Positions 39,822-51,011 are shown, numbered from the stretch's first letter. The stretch is 64,000 nucleotides of DNA from Candidatus Tectimicrobiota bacterium (GCA_016192455.1 JACPUC010000007.1:132720-196719); one strand, 5' to 3'. Notes: a model not told the origin generated them from the letters alone. Numbers and translations are program-made.

Positions 39822-39987
39822 CGGGTGTGAGATAGTAGGCTCTCGGCGGCAGCCAGCGACCCCTCTCCGGGATCACCGTCTGCCGATGAGCCTTGCTTGG
39901 ACGTTCAGGATGCAGCGAGGTAGGCTCGTTGCGGCGCGCCCCTTGTGCCGCAGGCACAGCCGCCACCTCACGGAGAGTGTTCCAGCC

Positions 39988-42312
39988 ATGGGGCAGCGAC
40001 GGCGCAGTGCTGATCTCATCGACTCGCTGGCGCGGCACGTCATCTCCGTTGGCGGGCTTTGCGTCATTGTGGCCGTGCTTGCCATCATCTTTTTTATCCT
40101 GCGCGAGGGCTTGCCCCTCTTCTACCCAGCCAAATCATCACCCCAGCCTCCCTTGCCAATCCCCCTTCAAGCCGGCCAAGGAGCGACATCACTCCTCGTC
40201 ACCTCGGACGAGTACCGTGAGTTCGTGGTCACCCTGGATCGCGACGGCGTCGTGCGTTTGCGCTCCCCGCAGGACGGCGCGTTGAAGCAGGAACTCCGCA
40301 CGCCGCTCCTGAAAGGAGAGGTGCTGACTGCTGCGTCCGAGCCGACCATGGGCAGCTTCATCGCCGCCACCGAGAGCGGGCTGGTTGTGCCGCTGCGCTT
40401 GCAGTTTCAGGTCCGCTGGGAAGGAGGGCGGCGAGTCCTCCAGCCAAGGCTTTCCGGCGGTCCGGTGCTCGATTTCGAGCGCCCGGAAGACCCCATCCGC
40501 AAAGTCTCCGGAGCCAGGCTCGAGGGGGGAGGTGCGCAAGCCGCCATCGTCACCGCCTCGGGCGAGCTCCTTTATGGCGTCTTCAATGCCGTGGAAGAGA
40601 AAACCACCATCTTCAGGCTAACCGACGAGGTCTCGCCACGACGCCTCAGTGCGCTCGCCATGAGCAGCAACGGCGAGTGGCTCGTCGCCGGAGCGGAAGA
40701 GGGCACGTTCAACGTCTGGCAGCTCGAGGCGGGTGAAGCCCCCAGCCGCATCCAGTCGAGCGAGGCGAGCGCCGCCCCCATCACCGCCCTGGCGTTTCTC
40801 CTGGGGGACGAGTCGCTCATCGTGGGAGATGCGGCTGGGGGCGTTGCCGTATGGTTTCCCCTTCGCTACCTTCAGGTTGCGAATACCGCCGAGGCGCCGG
40901 TGCGCTTTGAAGGCACCCTCCTCCGTCCCGGTGAGCAGCAGCGCATCCTGGACCGTGGCTATGCCACTGAATACAGCCATATCCCCGCCCTCACCTTCAC
41001 GACTGCAGGCCGCTCATTCCGCAAGATCCACACCTTTGCCCCCCACCCCCACGGCGTGACGGCGCTGGCTGCCTCGTCCCGAAACAGGGGATTCATCTCA
41101 GCCGACACGGCCGGCGGGGTTTGGCTGCGCTACGCTACCACCGAGAGCACCCAGGCGCGGCTTCACGCCGGCAAGGATGCGATCCGAAGCGTGGCCTTCA
41201 GTCCGCGCCTGGATGGCATCTTCGCCCTCGATGCCGCGGGCCGCGTGCATCGCTGGAGCCTGCAGAACTCCCACCCCGACGCCACCCTGGAGAACCTCTT
41301 CACGAAGGTGTGGTACGAAGGCGCCATGGAGTCGGCGCACGTCTGGCAATCGACGGGCGGCAGCGACGCCTTCGAGCCGAAGTACGGCCTCTGGCCGCTC
41401 CTCTTCGGGACCTTCAAGGGCACCTTCTATGCCATGATCTTTTCCGTGCCGCTGGCGATCGTGGCGGCCCTCTACCTGTCGCAGCTCGGCCCTTCGCGCC
41501 TGCGCGACGTTTGCAAGCCGGTGATCGAAATCATGGCGGCGCTGCCCAGCGTGGTGGTGGGATTCCTGGCGGCTCTCTGGTTCGCGCCCCTGGTCAGTCA
41601 ACACCTGGCGACCGCTCTCCTCTGGCTCCTCCTCATGCCCCCCTGCTTGGGAGCGGCGCTGGGAGTCTGGTACCTCACCGCAAAGGTGCTGCGGGCAACG
41701 CTGCGTCCCGGGGTGGAGCTCGTCTTCATCTTCGCGGCCTTCGTCGTCGCCTTCCTCATCGCCTCCTCCCTGGGGCCGTTCCTCGAGAACGCCTTCCTCG
41801 GGAAGGACCTGGCGACCTGGCTCTTCGAGCGCTTCGGCATCGTCTACGATCAGCGCAACAACATCGTCGTGGGGGTGGCCTTGGGGTTCGCCGTCATCCC
41901 GCTGATCTTCAGCATCTGCGAAGACGCCATGTGCAGCGTCCCCCCCGCTTACACCTCCGCCGCCTTGGCGCTGGGCGCGAGCAAGTGGCAGACCGCCATC
42001 TACGTGGTGCTGCCGGCGGCGAGCCCGGGGATTTTCGCCGCCATCCTCCTTGGGCTGGGGCGCGCGGTCGGCGAGACGATGATCGTCCTGATGGCCACCG
42101 GCAACACGCCGATCCTCGACCTCTCGCCGTTCACCGGCATGCGCACGATGTCGGCCACCATCGCGGTGGAGATTCCTGAAGCGGCGTATGGGGGAACCTT
42201 GTACCGCGTACTCTTCGCCACCGGCTTCCTCCTCTTTGCCATCACGTTCATGATCAATACGATAGCCGATACAGTGAGCTACCGGCTGAGGCGTCGCTAT
42301 GGTCGATACTAG
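39988..42312 (+). CDS. pstC: Long phosphate ABC permease PstC with WD40-like beta-propeller insertion
   Basis: WQSTGGSDAFEPK, KPVIEIMAALPSVVVGF, EDAM..VP...ALALGASKWQT, GRAVGETMIV.MATGN; WD-like repeats in the N-terminal half. Confidence 0.9.
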   Translation: MGQRRRSADLIDSLARHVISVGGLCVIVAVLAIIFFILREGLPLFYPAKSSPQPPLPIPLQAGQGATSLLVTSDEYREFVVTLDRDGVVRLRSPQDGALKQELRTPLLKGEVLTAASEPTMGSFIAATESGLVVPLRLQFQVRWEGGRRVLQPRLSGGPVLDFERPEDPIRKVSGARLEGGGAQAAIVTASGELLYGVFNAVEEKTTIFRLTDEVSPRRLSALAMSSNGEWLVAGAEEGTFNVWQLEAGEAPSRIQSSEASAAPITALAFLLGDESLIVGDAAGGVAVWFPLRYLQVANTAEAPVRFEGTLLRPGEQQRILDRGYATEYSHIPALTFTTAGRSFRKIHTFAPHPHGVTALAASSRNRGFISADTAGGVWLRYATTESTQARLHAGKDAIRSVAFSPRLDGIFALDAAGRVHRWSLQNSHPDATLENLFTKVWYEGAMESAHVWQSTGGSDAFEPKYGLWPLLFGTFKGTFYAMIFSVPLAIVAALYLSQLGPSRLRDVCKPVIEIMAALPSVVVGFLAALWFAPLVSQHLATALLWLLLMPPCLGAALGVWYLTAKVLRATLRPGVELVFIFAAFVVAFLIASSLGPFLENAFLGKDLATWLFERFGIVYDQRNNIVVGVALGFAVIPLIFSICEDAMCSVPPAYTSAALALGASKWQTAIYVVLPAASPGIFAAILLGLGRAVGETMIVLMATGNTPILDLSPFTGMRTMSATIAVEIPEAAYGGTLYRVLFATGFLLFAITFMINTIADTVSYRLRRRYGRY

Positions 42313-44008
42313 GAGCGCCAGCGGCGGCGACGCCGCCGAGGCGAGGACGCTGCGGGCCGCCAGCCGGCCCTCGGGCGAAGGGGCGCCTTATATCTGGACC
42401 ACCAGCCTCGCCGTGGTGCTCGTGCTCGTGATGCTGGTCGGCATCGTCGTCCTCATCCTGGTGAATGGCTTGCGCACCTTTTGGCCGTCCCCCCTCGTGG
42501 AAGTTCTGCTCAGGGATGGAACGCGTTACCTGGGAGAGGTCCACGCCCAGGAGGCCAAGCCCCAGGCCCAGCGCACCGGGCGCGCCGGCGCGCCTGCCGA
42601 GTACCGCACGAAGCTGAAGATCGGCAACCGCGATCTCGGCGCGGCGGATTTCGTTTGGATTGACAATGCAAGTATCAAGGCGCAGCGCCCGCCGAGCGAC
42701 GCCCTGGTGTTCGAGCGCCTGGAGTACGGCAACTTTTACGGTCGCCTCAAAGAGGTACGGGCGGGCGAACGACCGGTTGCTGGTGGCGGAGAAGAGGGCA
42801 TCGCAACGCTGCGCCGCTTCCACCGCACTGCCGCCGGCAAACGGCAGAAACTTGACGATCTGCGCCGTGAGCAGCTAAACATTCGCCAACCACTCACGAA
42901 CCTGGAACGGGAAATCAGCGCCCTCAGAGGGAGCCGCTTTGCCGTCTCCGAGGAGGGGGCCGCTGAACTTCGCCGCCTGGAGCCGCAGCTCGGGCCCTTG
43001 CAGAACCAGCTCAATGAGAAGGTGCGGCCTCTGGTGGTAGAGCAAGAGCGCCTGCGGCGTGACCTCGAGGGCCTGCGCGTGGTGATGGAGACGGCCAACG
43101 GCAAGATCGCCTCCATCGCCCTCGCCGACATCGTCCGTGTCACACAACCCAACACGATGGGAATGCATCACAAGGTCCTTCATTACCTCGGCAAGCTGAT
43201 CGAGTTCATTTGGCAGCAGCCCCGTGAATCGAATACGGAGGGAGGCGTCTTCCCCGCCATCTTCGGCACCGTTCTCCTCGTCTTCCTCATGACGATTGCG
43301 GTGGTGCCGTTCGGCGTCGTTGCCGCCGTCTACATGCACGAGTATGCCCGACAAGGACGGCTCTTGCGCATCGTGCGCGTGGCCGTGAACAACCTCGCCG
43401 GCGTTCCTTCCATCGTCATCGGCATGTTCGGACTCGCCTTCTTCGTCTATGGGGTCGGAGGCACCATCGACCAGCTCTACTACAGCCGCTACCTCCCCAC
43501 CCCGACGTTCGGCACCGGCGGCATCCTCTGGGCGTCGTTGACGCTTGCTCTCCTGACGCTGCCGGTGGTCATCGTGGCGTCGCAGGAGGGCCTGGCCGCC
43601 GTTCCCCAGGCGTATCGCGAAGCTTCCCTCGCTCTCGGCACAACGAAGTGGCAGACGATCCATCGCGTGGTGCTGCCGAACGCCACACCCGGCATCCTGA
43701 CAGGAATCATCCTGGCCATCAGCCGGGCCTCGGGGGAGGTGGCCCCCCTGATGATCACCGGGGTGGTGAAACTCGCTCCCTCGCTGGCCATTGATGGAAG
43801 CTGGCCTTTCCTCCACCTCGATCGCAAGTTCATGCACCTCGGATTCCATATCTACGACGTGGCCATGCAGTCGCCCAACGTCGAGGCCGCCATGCCGATG
43901 GTTTACAGCACCACGGCGCTCCTCCTCCTCCTCGTGCTGGCGCTCAACTCGGTGGCCACCATCGTGCGCGGGAAACTTCGCCAGCGCTACGCCGGCTCGA
44001 AGCTCTAG
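42299..44008 (+). CDS. pstA: Long phosphate ABC permease PstA with coiled-coil insertion
   Basis: [40 protein letters not shown]; overlaps the pstC stop. Confidence 0.92.
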   Translation: MVDTRSASGGDAAEARTLRAASRPSGEGAPYIWTTSLAVVLVLVMLVGIVVLILVNGLRTFWPSPLVEVLLRDGTRYLGEVHAQEAKPQAQRTGRAGAPAEYRTKLKIGNRDLGAADFVWIDNASIKAQRPPSDALVFERLEYGNFYGRLKEVRAGERPVAGGGEEGIATLRRFHRTAAGKRQKLDDLRREQLNIRQPLTNLEREISALRGSRFAVSEEGAAELRRLEPQLGPLQNQLNEKVRPLVVEQERLRRDLEGLRVVMETANGKIASIALADIVRVTQPNTMGMHHKVLHYLGKLIEFIWQQPRESNTEGGVFPAIFGTVLLVFLMTIAVVPFGVVAAVYMHEYARQGRLLRIVRVAVNNLAGVPSIVIGMFGLAFFVYGVGGTIDQLYYSRYLPTPTFGTGGILWASLTLALLTLPVVIVASQEGLAAVPQAYREASLALGTTKWQTIHRVVLPNATPGILTGIILAISRASGEVAPLMITGVVKLAPSLAIDGSWPFLHLDRKFMHLGFHIYDVAMQSPNVEAAMPMVYSTTALLLLLVLALNSVATIVRGKLRQRYAGSKL

Positions 44009-44051
44009 ACACCGCCAGGGAGTGGCGCAACGCGTTCCAGGAGTATCGGTG

Positions 44052-44900
44052 ATGGCAGGAAGCACCCTCGAGAAGCTCACGACGGGCATGCAAGAAGCGG
44101 CCAGCGAGACCTCGTCGAGGTCGCCGCAGGCGCACCGCCCCGAGCACCTCGCAGCTATCCACTGCGAAAATCTCTCCGTCTTCTACGGAGCGCAGCAGGC
44201 CCTCTTCAACATCTCCATGGATATCCCCCGGCATCGCGTGACCTCCTTCATCGGCCCTTCCGGCTGCGGCAAGTCCACCCTCCTGCGGAGTTTCAACCGC
44301 ATGAACGACGTCATCGAGAACGTCCGCCTGGAAGGCAAGGTGCTCATCGAGGGAGAGAACATCTATGAGCCCGGCACGCACCTCCCCACCCTGCGCAAGA
44401 ACGTCGGCATGGTGTTCCAGAAATCCAACCCCTTCCCAATGTCGGTCCGCGACAACATCCTCTTCGGTCCACGCCGCCAGGGGGTGAAGAACCGCGCGCT
44501 CCTCGAGCAGATCATTGAAGACTCGCTGCGAAGAGCGGACCTCTGGAATGAGGTGAAAGACCGCCTGCACACCTCCGCCCTCGACCTCTCCGGCGGGCAG
44601 CAGCAGCGGCTCTGCATCGCCCGCGCCCTGGCAAACTCGCCGCGCATCCTGCTCATGGACGAGCCGGCGTCCGCCCTCGACCCCATCTCCACCGCCAAGA
44701 TCGAGGAGACGATCTACGAGCTGAAGGATGAGTACACGGTCGTCATCGTCACCCATAACCTGCAGCAGGCGGCGCGCTGCTCCGACATCACTGCCTTCCT
44801 GTACCTTGGCAAGCTCATCGAGATGAATGAGACGGCCAAGGTATTCCGCAACCCCTCGAACAAACAGACCGAAGACTACGTCTCCGGCAGGTTCGGATAG
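44052..44900 (+). CDS. pstB: Phosphate ABC ATPase PstB
   Basis: [58 protein letters not shown]. Confidence 0.97.
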   Translation: MAGSTLEKLTTGMQEAASETSSRSPQAHRPEHLAAIHCENLSVFYGAQQALFNISMDIPRHRVTSFIGPSGCGKSTLLRSFNRMNDVIENVRLEGKVLIEGENIYEPGTHLPTLRKNVGMVFQKSNPFPMSVRDNILFGPRRQGVKNRALLEQIIEDSLRRADLWNEVKDRLHTSALDLSGGQQQRLCIARALANSPRILLMDEPASALDPISTAKIEETIYELKDEYTVVIVTHNLQQAARCSDITAFLYLGKLIEMNETAKVFRNPSNKQTEDYVSGRFG

Positions 44901-45050
44901 TTCATCCTATACTGAAGGCGTGACCTTGGTTTCCGCTCCGAGCTTACGAGGAGGGGCGCGGTGGCGTGCCCTTCGTGTGCTCTTCCCGCGTCCCGTCGTG
45001 CGCGATTCATCCCTGAAGCGCGGCACGCGAGACGCGAGGGGTCCCACGCC

Positions 45051-45326
45051 ATGATCTGTCCGAAATGCGGCGCGCAGATGGCGCGGGCGCGCGAAGCTGA
45101 CGCGGCTGCCGCAGCGCTCTCCCCGCCCCGCCAACCAGGCGAACAGGGCGACGAGTCTGAGACCAAGCCGCACGCAGCGGAGAGTCGTTGGCGCTGCCTT
45201 CGTTCGAGTTGCGGCTTCGAACACCGGCTTGCCACACCTGACGAGCAGCGCGCGCAGACCCAAGCAAGCGCCGATCACTTCGCCGCCAGAATGCTCGACC
45301 GCGATCCGCCCATGTTCGAAGGCTGA
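45051..45326 (+). CDS. Small putative zinc-ribbon protein
   Basis: MICPKCG...WRCLRSSCG; GAGGGG upstream. Confidence 0.6.
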   Translation: MICPKCGAQMARAREADAAAAALSPPRQPGEQGDESETKPHAAESRWRCLRSSCGFEHRLATPDEQRAQTQASADHFAARMLDRDPPMFEG

Positions 45327-45491
45327 CCCTGCCGCCGACGCCAGGGAGTCTCCCTCCTCCACACCTCAGGACTCCCATGGTGCAATGGAGCGCAGGCACC
45401 ATGCCTGCCCCCCACAATCGCACCTGGCAGGGACCGTTCCGCCCACCCTTGCGGATGTTCGGCCAATCCTGCCTCTATCCGGCCTGCCTTC

Positions 45492-45520
45492 TTGACCTGG
45501 CACGCCGCACTGTCTACCAT
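45492..45520 (+). promoter_or_regulatory. Putative sigma70 promoter of the XDH-family gene
   Basis: TTGACC-N17-TACCAT. Confidence 0.5.
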
Positions 45521-45560
45521 CCCTCGTAATCGTGACGACTTTCAGGGGGGATAAGCAGGC

Positions 45561-47957
45561 ATGACCTACCAGGTCATCGGGCATTCAGTGGCGCGGCGTG
45601 ATGGAGTAGAGAAGGTGACCGGCCTGGCGGCCTATACCTCAAACCTCAGCCTGCCGCGCATGCTGCATGGCAAGATTCTCCGCAGCCCCCTGCCGCATGC
45701 CCGCATCGTCGCCATCGACGCCTCGCGGGCGCGGCGTCTGCCGGGAGTGAAAGCCGTCTTGACGCGCGACACACTCCTCGGCGACGCCTCGCTCACCTAT
45801 CGTTACGGCCACGTCCTTGCCGATCAGGCGATTGTCGCCGTGGACCGCGTGCGCTTCGTGGGAGATGCCGTGGCGGCCGTCGCCGCCGTTGACAGGGACG
45901 TTGCCGAGGAGGCGCTGAGCCTGATCGATGTCGAGTATGAGGAGCTGCCGGCGGTCTTCACGGCGGAGGAATCGTTCGGGCCCGCCGCCCCGCTCATCCA
46001 CGAGACCCCGCCCGAGGTGCAGGCGCGCGCCGCCATGAAGTTCGATGGGCCGCGGCCCGGAACGAACATCTGCGCCTCCCTGCACATTCGGCACGGCGAC
46101 ATCGACCGCGGCTTCGCGGCGGCCGACTTCATCTTCGAGGATACCTACAGCACACCGATGCAGGCGCACTGCCCCTTGGAGCCCCACGTCACGGTCGCCG
46201 ACTGGCATCCCTCGGGGCGCCTCACCGTCTGGTCCTCGACGCAGATGCCGTTCCAGGTGCGGGATCACCTGGCGCGCATCTTCCGCCTGCCGAAGAGCCA
46301 GGTCTGCGTGCTGGTGGACAACGTGGGCGGCGGCTACGGCGCCAAGACGGGCATCAGGCTGGAGCCGATCACCAGCCTCCTGGCGCGACTCAGCGGCTGC
46401 CCGGTGAAGACGATGCTGAACCGCGAGGAGGTCTTCCTCACCCTGACGCGGCACGGCAACACCTTCTGGGTGCGCACCGGCGTCAGCAGGGACGGCCGAC
46501 TGATCGCCCGGCACATCCGCATCCTGTGGGACACCGGGGCCTACGCCGACGCCGGCCCGATTGTCATCTTCAAGGCCGGCTACACCGCCAGCGGGCCGTA
46601 CAACATCCCCAACGTCGTCATCGATTCCTACTGCATCTACACGAACAAGCCACCCGCCGGGCCGCTGCGGGGCATGGGCGTGCCGCAGACCACCTGGGCC
46701 TACGAGCCCCATCTCGACCGCATCGCCGCGGAGCTTGGCTTCGACCCCATCGAGCTGCGGCGCCAGAACATCTACCGCAACGGCGACACCTTCGTGAGCG
46801 GCGAGACGCTGCACAGCATCGATCTCGCCGGCTGCTTCGACCGCGCCTTGGAGACGGACGACTGGCAGCCCCTCGGCTACGGACGGCGGAGAACGTCACC
46901 GTCGAAGGCGGCGAGCTTGGAAGCGGCGAACACGGCAGGCTCAAGCGTGGCGCGCGGCCGCGGCCTGGCCTGCGCCCTGAAAAACACCTCGACGCCCTCC
47001 TACAGCGGCGCAACACTGAAGATGAACGAGGACGGCACGGTGGTCCTCTTGACCGGCGCGGTGGAGATCGGCCAGGGATGCAAGACCGCCCTGGCGCAGA
47101 TAACCGCCGAGGCGCTGAGCCTGCCCCTGGAGCGGGTGCGTGTGGCGACGACGAACACCGACGTGGTCCCCTTCGACTGGGGCACCATCAGCGGCCGCAC
47201 CATCTTCCATGTCGGCAAGGCCATCCAGGAGGCCGCCGCGCAGCTTCGCGAGCAGCTCATCGCCCTGGCCGCCGATGTGCTGGAGGCGGCGCCGCAGGAC
47301 CTCGAGCTGGCGCAGGGGCGGATCGTGGCGCGGGGTGCGCCGGACAAGGGGATCACCTACGAGGATGCCCTGCTGCGGCGCCTGGGGATCAAGGGGAGCG
47401 GCCTCATCGCCCACGGGGAGTTCCGCACCCACTGGTACAAGGCGGACCCCGGAATCGAGGGATGCACCTCGCCGTTCTGGGATGTGGGGCTGGGGCTCGC
47501 CGAGGTGGAGGTTGACCGCGACACGGGCAAGGTGCGTCTCCTGCGTTACCGGTGCGTTGCGGATGTCGGCACCGCCGTCAACCCGGCGCTCTGCCGCGGG
47601 CAGCTCAGCGGCGCTACCCTCATGGGGCTCGGCCAGGCGCTCTTCGAGGAGATGCTCTTCGACAACGGCCAGCCGATCAACCCCTCGCTGGTGAACTACA
47701 AGATTCCCTCCTCGCGCGACATCCCCGAGGTCCTCGAGGTGAACTACATCGAGAGCGGCCACCAGGAGGGGCCGTACGGCGCTAAGGGTATCGGCGAGAT
47801 CGGCGTGGCGCCCGCCGCGCCAGCCGTCGCCAGCGCCATCCATGACGCCCTCGGGGTGTGGATCGTCGATCTGCCGATCACGCCGGAGAAGATCCTGCGC
47901 GCCCTCGAGGCGCGCGAGGCGACTCTGCGGCGAGAAGCCGGAGCCGGCGCCGGGTAA
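45561..47957 (+). CDS. Xanthine dehydrogenase family molybdopterin-binding (large) subunit
   Basis: KVTG.A.Y, LRSPLPHARI, HCPLEPH, VGGGYGAK, GPLRGMG.PQ, EIGQG..T, GPYGAKGIGE, LPITPEKI. Confidence 0.95.
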   Translation: MTYQVIGHSVARRDGVEKVTGLAAYTSNLSLPRMLHGKILRSPLPHARIVAIDASRARRLPGVKAVLTRDTLLGDASLTYRYGHVLADQAIVAVDRVRFVGDAVAAVAAVDRDVAEEALSLIDVEYEELPAVFTAEESFGPAAPLIHETPPEVQARAAMKFDGPRPGTNICASLHIRHGDIDRGFAAADFIFEDTYSTPMQAHCPLEPHVTVADWHPSGRLTVWSSTQMPFQVRDHLARIFRLPKSQVCVLVDNVGGGYGAKTGIRLEPITSLLARLSGCPVKTMLNREEVFLTLTRHGNTFWVRTGVSRDGRLIARHIRILWDTGAYADAGPIVIFKAGYTASGPYNIPNVVIDSYCIYTNKPPAGPLRGMGVPQTTWAYEPHLDRIAAELGFDPIELRRQNIYRNGDTFVSGETLHSIDLAGCFDRALETDDWQPLGYGRRRTSPSKAASLEAANTAGSSVARGRGLACALKNTSTPSYSGATLKMNEDGTVVLLTGAVEIGQGCKTALAQITAEALSLPLERVRVATTNTDVVPFDWGTISGRTIFHVGKAIQEAAAQLREQLIALAADVLEAAPQDLELAQGRIVARGAPDKGITYEDALLRRLGIKGSGLIAHGEFRTHWYKADPGIEGCTSPFWDVGLGLAEVEVDRDTGKVRLLRYRCVADVGTAVNPALCRGQLSGATLMGLGQALFEEMLFDNGQPINPSLVNYKIPSSRDIPEVLEVNYIESGHQEGPYGAKGIGEIGVAPAAPAVASAIHDALGVWIVDLPITPEKILRALEAREATLRREAGAGAG

Positions 47958-48169
47958 GGCCCGTCGCCGAGCCGGCGCTGCCGCTGGGGATTTTTCGCGG
48001 CTCGGAATACGACAGGCGGGGCATCATGCGGGGGCTGACGAAGCACACCATTGCCCTGGCGGCTGGGATGCGGAAGCGGGCGGGCGGGCCGGCTCATGCA
48101 TGACCATGGGGAGAAAGTTCTGCAGCCGCCATGCTACGAGGAATGCAGTACGCAACAAAGGAAGAGCAT

Positions 48170-48877
48170 TCACGTTTGTCGAAGCGAAGCTTGCAAGAGC
48201 TCAAATTTGACCGGGTAAGAATGCGGAATCTCCATCGCCGCAATTATTGTTACAGCAAACCCTGTTTGCCTCAGCAGATTCCTTAGCACGTCTTCCTGGC
48301 CAAGCGTTGGGGAGAAACAGAGCAGGAGTCTCCCTGATTCCTTCAGGTGCCGTGGTGCTCCTGAGAGGAATTTCTTGATCGACCGATAGCCGGGATCAAA
48401 AATGGCCTTTTCCATCATCAAAACTTCCTGACGATCGGTATAGCCGGAAGGTATATTCCAGAAGATCGTGTCAAAGGTCGCCGCGGGAGCCAGCGCGTCG
48501 TACACGTCCCCAACAAACGCACGAAGTTTGCCAGCCACGTTGTGAAGCCGACCGTTTTCGAGCGTGTTCTGCACGGCGCGCGGATTGATATCGATGGCCA
48601 CGGCGCGGCCTGCTCCACGCAGCAGCGCGAAGACCGAGGCGACGCCCGTGCCGCAACCAATCTCCAGGAATTCTTCACCCTGGCGGATGGACATTTCCCG
48701 GACGCTGAATTCGGTATCGGCAAAGTATTTTGGCGAGAAGACGCCGGCACGGACGACAAATGTCTTCGAGAGAACTTTGCAGGTGTACTGCTCAGGTTCC
48801 TGCTGGCTTGCTTTCAGAATCTTGCCATATCGAAGCAACCGCGCAGTGTGCCTGAACGCGTCGCGATCCGTAGTCAT
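48170..48877 (-). CDS. Class I SAM-dependent methyltransferase (small MTS/HemK-like)
   Basis: GVFSP, LEIGCGTG, IDINPRAV, FDTIFWNIP, LKESGRLL; visibly lower GC than flanks. Confidence 0.85.
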   Translation of the reverse strand: MTTDRDAFRHTARLLRYGKILKASQQEPEQYTCKVLSKTFVVRAGVFSPKYFADTEFSVREMSIRQGEEFLEIGCGTGVASVFALLRGAGRAVAIDINPRAVQNTLENGRLHNVAGKLRAFVGDVYDALAPAATFDTIFWNIPSGYTDRQEVLMMEKAIFDPGYRSIKKFLSGAPRHLKESGRLLLCFSPTLGQEDVLRNLLRQTGFAVTIIAAMEIPHSYPVKFELLQASLRQT

Positions 48878-48968
48878 GGGTGAGCACCCGTCCAGTCCAA
48901 GAACGAAAATTCCTTGCTGCACCCTTACGTGCTGCAATGCGGCTCGCACGTTATGGAGACAGCGGGGT

Positions 48969-49769
48969 TCATTTTTGCGAGGCGCCGCGATGCCAGACCA
49001 TGAGGCGTCGTTCAACCTTCTCGAACAAGAGGTTCAAAAGGTAACTGAGCAGAGCAAGCGTCGCGACGCCGGCATAGGTCTCCGCAATCTTAAAATCACG
49101 CTGGCTCCTTAGAATGAAGACGCCGATGCCGTTCGAGCTGCCGACCATCTCAGCCGTCACCACCAGGATGAGCGCAATCGGCAGGCTAACCCGTAGGCCA
49201 CTCATGATATAGGGTGACGCCGCCGGCAGCACGATCTTGCGCAGCGTGCTCCAGCTCCGCAAGCCAAAGATGCGCGCCGTATCGAGCAGCGCTGGATCGA
49301 GATTGCGGGTGCCGTCCATTGTATTCACCAGGATAGGAAATCCGCAAGCAAAGAAGATGACGAAGTAGCGCATCCACTCGTTGACCCCAATGAAAAACAT
49401 GGCGAAGGGAATGATGGCCGGCGGCGGAATCGGGCGCAAGAACTCGACGAGGGGCTCGAGATAGTTGTAGGTCGGCGTGTGGTAGCCCAACAAGATGGCT
49501 GGCGGCACCAGCAGCACGATGGCGAGCAGGTAGCCGACCATCGCCCGCCCCAGACTGATGCCGAGGGCACTCGGCAGGCTCAAGTCGGCCGCCAGCCTGC
49601 CGAGCGCTTCCAGAACCTTGGTGAAGGGCGGCAGGTATGACGAATCCAGCAAACCCGCGCGAACGATCACTTCCCACATCAGCAGCAAGAAGAGGATGAA
49701 GGCGAAGCCGAGGGCGCGTTCGAGCTTCAGCCGACCCCACCTTGGCGTGGTTGCGATCAGAGCGGCCAT
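48969..49769 (-). CDS. ABC transporter permease (SsuC/TauC/NitT type)
   Basis: EFLRPIPP, FPILVNT..G, ARIFG....TLRKIVLPAASPYI..GLR, AEMVGS..GIG. Confidence 0.92.
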   Translation of the reverse strand: MAALIATTPRWGRLKLERALGFAFILFLLLMWEVIVRAGLLDSSYLPPFTKVLEALGRLAADLSLPSALGISLGRAMVGYLLAIVLLVPPAILLGYHTPTYNYLEPLVEFLRPIPPPAIIPFAMFFIGVNEWMRYFVIFFACGFPILVNTMDGTRNLDPALLDTARIFGLRSWSTLRKIVLPAASPYIMSGLRVSLPIALILVVTAEMVGSSNGIGVFILRSQRDFKIAETYAGVATLALLSYLLNLLFEKVERRLMVWHRGASQK

Positions 49770-49788
49770 CTCGCACTCAACCTCCTCA

Positions 49789-50643
49789 TCAGCGCTGCAG
49801 GGCAGCGAGGTTAGCCAGGCGCACGTGCCAGCCAAGGATGCGGCGCTCACTGTACAGGAAAAGGCGGTTGAGGAGGTAGCCGAGGATGGTGATGGTGAAC
49901 AAGCCAGCAAACATCTCCTTCACTTCGAGGGCGCGCTCCGCATCAAGGATGAAGAAACCAAGGCCATTGTCACTCACGACCATCTCGGTGATGACCACAA
50001 AGATCCAGGCAATCGAGAGACTGACGCGCAGGCCGCTCAAAATGAACGGCAGCGATGACGGGACGATGATCTTGCGGACGATGCTCCAAGGCCCCAGGCC
50101 GAGCACGCGGCCGGTCTGCACCAGGATGGGATCAACACCGTGCACCGCATCGACCGTATTGATGAGCACGGGCCACATCGCACCCCAGACGATCACCGCA
50201 ACGTTCAAACGGGTATCAAGCCCGAAGAAGAGCAGAGCGATCGGTATAAGGGCGACCGCCGGTAACGGGCGCAGCAGCTCGATCAGGGGCTTGAGCAGCG
50301 CGTAGGCGAATCGCCAGGACCCCATCAGCACGCCGAGGATGATGCCTACTAGGATACCGATGGAGTAGCCAAGGAAGAAACGCATCAAGCTGATCAAGAT
50401 ATTCTGAAGCTGCCGCGGCGTGCCGAGGCTGGCGGCGAAAGTCTGAGCGATAGCGGAGACCGGGGGAAAGAAGAACTGATACTCCGTAACAAGGCGGGAC
50501 AGGACTTCCCAGAGACCAAGGAGGAAGAGAACAACCAGGTAGCCTGAAATGCGGCTCTGTCCCTTGAGAATGTGCAGGATCACGTGGTTTCCGTCGTGGC
50601 GCTTGCCCGTTGAGGAACTCATCAGGAGGATGCAGCGCTCCAC
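49789..50643 (-). CDS. ABC transporter permease (SsuC/TauC/NitT type); start uncertain (50643 or 50622)
   Basis: ELLRPLPAVALIP, WPVLINT, GLRVSLSIAWI...TEM..SDNGLG. Confidence 0.9.
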   Translation of the reverse strand: MERCILLMSSSTGKRHDGNHVILHILKGQSRISGYLVVLFLLGLWEVLSRLVTEYQFFFPPVSAIAQTFAASLGTPRQLQNILISLMRFFLGYSIGILVGIILGVLMGSWRFAYALLKPLIELLRPLPAVALIPIALLFFGLDTRLNVAVIVWGAMWPVLINTVDAVHGVDPILVQTGRVLGLGPWSIVRKIIVPSSLPFILSGLRVSLSIAWIFVVITEMVVSDNGLGFFILDAERALEVKEMFAGLFTITILGYLLNRLFLYSERRILGWHVRLANLAALQR

Positions 50644-51011
50644 CCGGCCAGCCAGGGTTTCCCGTCGCCGGGAGATGGGGAGGCCGCGGCGGCAGGCTTA
50701 CCCGTAGCTTCAGGACGAAACCCCGCGGCGCACCACCACTCCGTTTCCGACCTTCAAGGTGGGCTGCGACCCCACCGAGGCAGCGCCCTCCTCACCTCCC
50801 CGGCATGAGCACGGAAACGGGCACCGCCGTACCCCGAGTGAGGCGAGGAAGGTTTCGCCGGCGCCGCCTCCTTCCCCACGGCAAGGGGCCTGCCACTGCT
50901 TCAGCCTGGCGAGAACCTCGGCTCGTCTCCCTGCGCGGCGATCCTGGCGTTTTGCCAACCAGTGAGGGTGCGCCCCTCAAGCCTCCTCCCTCAGCTTCGC
51001 GGCAGACTTTC

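Noticed and set aside
50588-50625. Hammerhead-like CTGATGA...GAAA on the minus strand
   Set aside because: Stem II closing pair and flanking stems do not form, and it overlaps the probable permease start.
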